Source: Anaerohalosphaeraceae bacterium (GTDB taxonomy: Bacteria; Planctomycetota; Phycisphaerae; Sedimentisphaerales; Anaerohalosphaeraceae). Taken from it: a DNA stretch of 19,968 nucleotides. This document shows, one piece after another, positions 16,411 to 19,968 of the stretch. A program made the position numbers and the translations under genes. The DNA lies in NCBI GenBank assembly GCA_050309605.1, contig JBNRMN010000006.1, forward strand, positions 1 through 19,968, read 5' to 3'. The notes beneath the pieces are model-generated. The model worked only from the letters and a program-made list of their open reading frames with translations, was not told where the DNA came from and did no database searches. Within the stretch, counting starts at the first letter, position 1. The number at the start of each line of letters is the position of its first letter.

Positions 16411-17724
16411 ATGATGCAGCGAGTGTATTTCTGTGTAATGCTTATCGGTTTTGCCGCAGGTGCGGTTTTTGCGCAGCAGTGGTTTGTCAGCCCGGCCGGA
16501 TCGGACGACCCGAACGGCTCGCCCGAACAGCCCTTTGAAACGATTCAGCAGGCGTTGGATGCGGCTCAGGATGGCGATACCCTCATTCTGATGCCGGGCG
16601 TATATACCGGGGCGGGCAATTACGATCTCCATTCATCCGGCCTGTCCCTGACGATTCGGTCCATCGAACCGGACAAGTGGAATATTGTTGAGTCCACCGT
16701 GATTGATCCGCAGCAGCAGGGCGGCGTCTTTATCTTCACCTCCGCTGAGCAGGACCGTATTGTCGTTGAAGGCCTGACGTTTCAAAACGCCGTCAAACTT
16801 GCTCCGTTTAATTCTTCAGGTCCCTATGAGCCGCCGTATTACGTGGAGCCGCATGGGGCGGCACTATTTGCCGACGGCGGCCAAATCGATATTCGTTTTT
16901 GTCTCTTTTATAACTGTCAGGCCGAGCTGGGCGGAGCCGTATATTTCGGCGACGTTGAAGCGACGGTGAGCCACTGTATTTTTGCCGGCAACGTTGGCTG
17001 GAGCGGCGGCGCCCTCATTGCGGATCTGGGCAGCCGTGTCAGTCTCGAACAGTGCACGCTGGCCGGAAACATGGCGGATATAAGCGGCGGTGCAGTGTCC
17101 TCTGAGTTTGGCAGCACGGTGCTGATTCAAAGCAGTATTATTTGGGGCAATGAACTGATTGAGCCGGATGCTTTGGGGCCGCAGCTTTACGCCGTTGACC
17201 AAGACAGCCGCATTGAGGTGGCCTATTCGCTTGTGCAAGACGGCCAGGACGGAGCATACGCCGAAGGCATCGCCGCTGAGATCATTCTCGACGAAAGCGT
17301 CATCGATGCCGATCCTTTATTTGCATCGTTTGACACCGAGCAGTCTCCATTTACATGGGACCTGCGGCTTCAGAGTATGTTCGGGCGGTGGAATCCTGCG
17401 GTTCATAATTGGGTGATGGATGCAAATACCAGCCCGTGTATTATCGCCGGACCGATCGAGGCCGACTATTCACGCGAGCCGTGGCCGAACGGCCGCCGCG
17501 CCAATATCGGCGCCTACGGCAACACCGCCCAAGCCTCGCTGTACGGCAATATCGCCGATTTGAATATCGATGGTCGAGTCGATATGACGGACCTGGCCGC
17601 GCTGGCGGCGGTCTGGATGGATGCGCCCGTCGATTACGAGGATTTTGACCAAAACGGCCAGGTGGACATCGCCGACCTGATCACGCTGGTCGAAAACTGG
17701 CTCTGGCAAATGCCGTCGTTCTGA
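16411..17724 (+). CDS. secreted right-handed beta-helix protein (DUF1565/polymorphic-membrane-protein-like repeats) with dockerin-like C-terminus
   Basis: Signal peptide ending VFA. WFVSPAGSDDPNGSPEQPFETIQQALD...PGVY. GGA/FxxN repeats. SPCI...NIGAYG. ADLNIDGRVD/EDFDQNGQVD...WL. Start is one of ATG 16408/16411/16414 after GGGAG. Confidence 0.85.
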   Translation: MMQRVYFCVMLIGFAAGAVFAQQWFVSPAGSDDPNGSPEQPFETIQQALDAAQDGDTLILMPGVYTGAGNYDLHSSGLSLTIRSIEPDKWNIVESTVIDPQQQGGVFIFTSAEQDRIVVEGLTFQNAVKLAPFNSSGPYEPPYYVEPHGAALFADGGQIDIRFCLFYNCQAELGGAVYFGDVEATVSHCIFAGNVGWSGGALIADLGSRVSLEQCTLAGNMADISGGAVSSEFGSTVLIQSSIIWGNELIEPDALGPQLYAVDQDSRIEVAYSLVQDGQDGAYAEGIAAEIILDESVIDADPLFASFDTEQSPFTWDLRLQSMFGRWNPAVHNWVMDANTSPCIIAGPIEADYSREPWPNGRRANIGAYGNTAQASLYGNIADLNIDGRVDMTDLAALAAVWMDAPVDYEDFDQNGQVDIADLITLVENWLWQMPSF

Positions 17725-17813
17725 AACGCAGGTAGGGTAAATCGAGGAAAATGCCATAAAGTTAGTTTATGCCGATGTTTATGGCTTGTCTTTCCTTTTT
17801 TTGGGATTTCTTG

Positions 17814-17842
17814 TTGACTTAAAGGAGAAGATTTTATACGAT
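17814..17842 (+). promoter_or_regulatory. putative sigma70 promoter
   Basis: TTGACT-17 nt-TACGAT, with a T-rich upstream tract. Confidence 0.55.
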
Positions 17843-17861
17843 GAACCTTGAAAATTGAATA
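17843..17861 (+). promoter_or_regulatory. boxA-like antitermination motif
   Basis: GAACCTTGAAAA followed by TTGAATA resembles the rRNA-operon boxA as I recall it from cyanobacterial ITS (GAACCTTGAAAA-CTGCATA). Confidence 0.45.
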
Positions 17862-17865
17862 CTTG

Positions 17866-17882
17866 AAAGTCCACTGGACTTT
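17866..17882. repeat. perfect 8-1-8 palindrome
   Basis: AAAGTCCA-C-TGGACTTT. Confidence 0.8.
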
Positions 17883-17883
17883 G

Positions 17884-18000
17884 GCGTCTCCGTCTAAACC
17901 GGCAAAGTTTTTAACTGCGAGATGCGAAGGTCAGTGCCCCCGGTCGGGGCGCTGCCGAAGCATGTTCGCAGTGGGGCCTTGCCGGGCCCAGACGGAGCGT
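17884..18000 (+). ncRNA. long rod-like structured RNA element of unknown class (5' leader or small RNA)
   Basis: Nested helices CTCCGTCT/AGACGGAG, CCGGCAA/TTGCCGG, ACTGCGA/TCGCAGT, ATGC/GCAT and CAGTGCCCC/GGGGCGCTG, with a symmetric GAA/GAA internal loop. Confidence 0.55.
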
Positions 18001-18112
18001 GTGAGTAGGCGGTGCTCCATAATATTCTCTTCAGGAGCGTTCCCGTCGGCTAATACAGGGACGTTTCCTCTCAGGGCTGCGCGACAGGGCATTTGTATGA
18101 GAGGAGAAAATA

Positions 18113-18142
18113 GTGGGTAACTATCGGATCGGGAGAAAGTGA
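18113..18142 (+). CDS. putative 9-codon leader uORF (MGNYRIGRK)
   Basis: GAGGAG at 18101-18106, GTG at 18113, TGA at 18140-18142, one base before ATG 18144. Confidence 0.25.
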   Translation: MGNYRIGRK

Positions 18143-18143
18143 A

Positions 18144-19968
18144 ATGGAGACTGAAAGGACATATCGAAGAAGTAGGGAGTGTGTATCGGAAGATGGATGG
18201 GTAGCGAAAGAGCACGGCAAGGATTTCAGGGTGTCCCCGTGTGTGCGTTTCAGAGTGCGGCAGGAGGCGAAAGAAAAAGCCGCAATTCACGCAGGGCAAC
18301 AAGCCTTACCCAAGCATAGGTCAAGATTGATGTCTGTGACTTTTTCCGTTACACTTTTTTTGGGTGCGACAGCCATTTTATTTGGAAGTACCTCGCCTCT
18401 GTTTTCGAGTGCTGATCCCAATCAAATTCAACCCGCATCGCAAGAAAACGCGTTAATTACATTCAGTGAATTTCCGGTGGGTACGTACATTACCGACCAG
18501 TACGCGTATTTGGGTATTGTTTTTGGAGGCGATAATCCATTTATTGCGACGGATGGTGCCAATCCGACAAGTCCGGTCTTATCAGGTTCGCCTCGGTTCG
18601 AAGGTGTCATTGAAGGTTATTTTGTCAATCCCTATGATGGAGTGACCCCTGCGACAGTTAGCTGGTTTTTGTTCGATGCCGGATATTTTGATGAGATAGA
18701 GACTACTCGCATCGAATGGTTTGATCGCAACGGCATCAAATTGGGCGAAGTGCTGAATTCGCAGTTGGGAATTGAAACTTTTTTGATTGAGGATGTAGGC
18801 ATTGCTTTTTGGCGAATCGGCATGATAACATCTGATACCGCAGGATATGCAATTGACAATGTGAGTTTTGGAGATCCTTCTTTACTGTATCTTATTAAAT
18901 TTGATGACGTTGACGAGAATGACTGCCTTAGTCCAGAGCAGGAACTGACCTATACGATCTGCTTTGACAATGCGTATGGACTGTCGCTGACAGACGCCTA
19001 CATTATCGACTGGCTGCCCGAAGGGGTTAGCTATCCGCCGGGGACGTGGAGTTACGAGCTGGGCGATCCGAACGATCCCAATGAGCCGCCGTTTTATCTG
19101 ATCCCGCCGGATCCGGGATATGACCCGGAAACACACAGCTATGTCTGGCCGTTGGGCGATATTGATCCGAATACGTGGGGGTGTGTGGATTTGACGGTGG
19201 TGGTCAACGACAAGGCCGTGCCGGGCGGGATTTTGCATAACGTGGCGGAACTGTGGGGGACCCTTCGGATGCCGGACCCGAACGACCCCAATCTGCTTAA
19301 CCCTGAAACCTTTCTCATCGCCAGAGCGACACTTGATACGGACGTATGCTGTTACGCAGGAATCGCGGAGATTCTTTACGTCGATCAGTCCGCAACAAAC
19401 GGCGGCAACACGGGACTGAACTGGCAGAATGCGTTTCTCGAACTGCGGGATGCGCTCGACTATGCGCGGTCGTCGCTGTGCGCACAGGTACACAGCATCT
19501 ACGTCGCCCAGGGACCCTATTATCCCGGCGACAATACATGGGACACCTTTGAGATTCCCGACGGCGTTGCCGTCTATGGCGGCTTTCCCAAAGGCGGCGG
19601 CGACTTCTGGCAGCGAAATCCCCGGCGATTCAATACAATCCTGAATGGCCGCATTGACGACACCACACGAAACGAAACCGTCGTCAGAATGGGACATGAG
19701 ACACTGTTGGATGGGTTTACAGTGACGGAAGCAGGCCCTTATCCTTTTGGTCAAGGTATTTACGCTTCAGGTGCTGATTTTGCCGTCACCCATTGCCGCA
19801 TTGAAAACAATGAAAACTACGGCCTTTACGCCGAGGATGGAAACGTCTCGGTTTCATGGTGCACCATCCGAAACAACAAGGCTGACGGCATTCGCCATAT
19901 TGGCGAAGGGTTTGCGCTGATCGTCGAGAATTGCTGGATACGCCAGAGCGGACGATATGGCATTGCCT
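18144..19968 (+). CDS. large secreted/surface protein, 3'-partial: N-terminal beta-sandwich, DUF11 domain, right-handed beta-helix
   Basis: Manual translation is open from ATG 18144 (SD GGGAGA) to the window end (>608 aa). Features: hydrophobic VTFSVTLFLGATAILFG, ITFSEFPVGT...YAIDNVSF, DUF11 (ELTYTICFDN...IIDWLPEGVSY...YVWPLGDI...LHNVAEL), ILYVDQSA...WQNAF...IYVAQGPY...VYGGF...LDGFTV. Absent from the ORF track because no stop is in the window. The start could be later (TTG/ATG near 18327-18330). Confidence 0.85.
   Translation, partial: METERTYRRSRECVSEDGWVAKEHGKDFRVSPCVRFRVRQEAKEKAAIHAGQQALPKHRSRLMSVTFSVTLFLGATAILFGSTSPLFSSADPNQIQPASQENALITFSEFPVGTYITDQYAYLGIVFGGDNPFIATDGANPTSPVLSGSPRFEGVIEGYFVNPYDGVTPATVSWFLFDAGYFDEIETTRIEWFDRNGIKLGEVLNSQLGIETFLIEDVGIAFWRIGMITSDTAGYAIDNVSFGDPSLLYLIKFDDVDENDCLSPEQELTYTICFDNAYGLSLTDAYIIDWLPEGVSYPPGTWSYELGDPNDPNEPPFYLIPPDPGYDPETHSYVWPLGDIDPNTWGCVDLTVVVNDKAVPGGILHNVAELWGTLRMPDPNDPNLLNPETFLIARATLDTDVCCYAGIAEILYVDQSATNGGNTGLNWQNAFLELRDALDYARSSLCAQVHSIYVAQGPYYPGDNTWDTFEIPDGVAVYGGFPKGGGDFWQRNPRRFNTILNGRIDDTTRNETVVRMGHETLLDGFTVTEAGPYPFGQGIYASGADFAVTHCRIENNENYGLYAEDGNVSVSWCTIRNNKADGIRHIGEGFALIVENCWIRQSGRYGIA

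Noticed and set aside
17929..17956. Resemblance of the rod tip (GGTCAG...GCC) to SRP RNA
   Set aside because: Lacks the GNRA/GGAA tetraloop and the CAGG...AGCA internal loop of SRP helix 8.
17884..18000. 6S RNA or c-di-GMP-I riboswitch (GGCAAA at 17901)
   Set aside because: Too short and without the large central bubble for 6S. No GNRA loop or second conserved hairpin for c-di-GMP-I.
17848..18302. 90-aa (+) and 123-aa (-) ORFs in the last intergenic region
   Set aside because: No protein-like features. The region is better explained by the promoter, RNA structure and the start of the 18144 gene.
18882..19754. 290-aa minus-strand ORF
   Set aside because: Antisense to the well-supported + strand DUF11/beta-helix ORF.
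1..19968. CRISPR arrays, tRNA/rRNA genes, transposases, integrases
   Set aside because: No regularly spaced repeats, cloverleaf or rRNA sequence, or recombinase motifs were seen.

Overview
GC-rich bacterial DNA whose protein families (ECF sigma plus FecR anti-sigma, prepilin-like protein, secreted proteins ending in dockerin-like 'DxNxDxxVDxxD...WL' modules) point to Planctomycetota, most likely Phycisphaerae (inference). About 120-14236 is a pectin-utilisation locus with no TonB-dependent receptor or SusD: a 5'-truncated PL10 pectate lyase remnant, ECF sigma factor, FecR-type anti-sigma, type IV prepilin-like protein, large secreted non-catalytic multidomain protein, GH105 lipoprotein, sodium:solute symporter and two convergent PL1 lyases. 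The most striking observation is that the anti-sigma carries an apparently circularly permuted copy of the DNRLRE/CBM96-like domain found in normal order in the secreted protein two genes downstream. From 14641, a perfect sigma70 promoter precedes a lone Wza-like export lipoprotein, a membrane protein and a beta-helix protein. These are followed by a structured ~300-nt leader (boxA-like motif, palindrome, 117-nt rod, small uORF) and a large secreted DUF11/beta-helix protein that runs off the window and is missing from the ORF track. All family calls come from motif recognition by eye; no searches were run.
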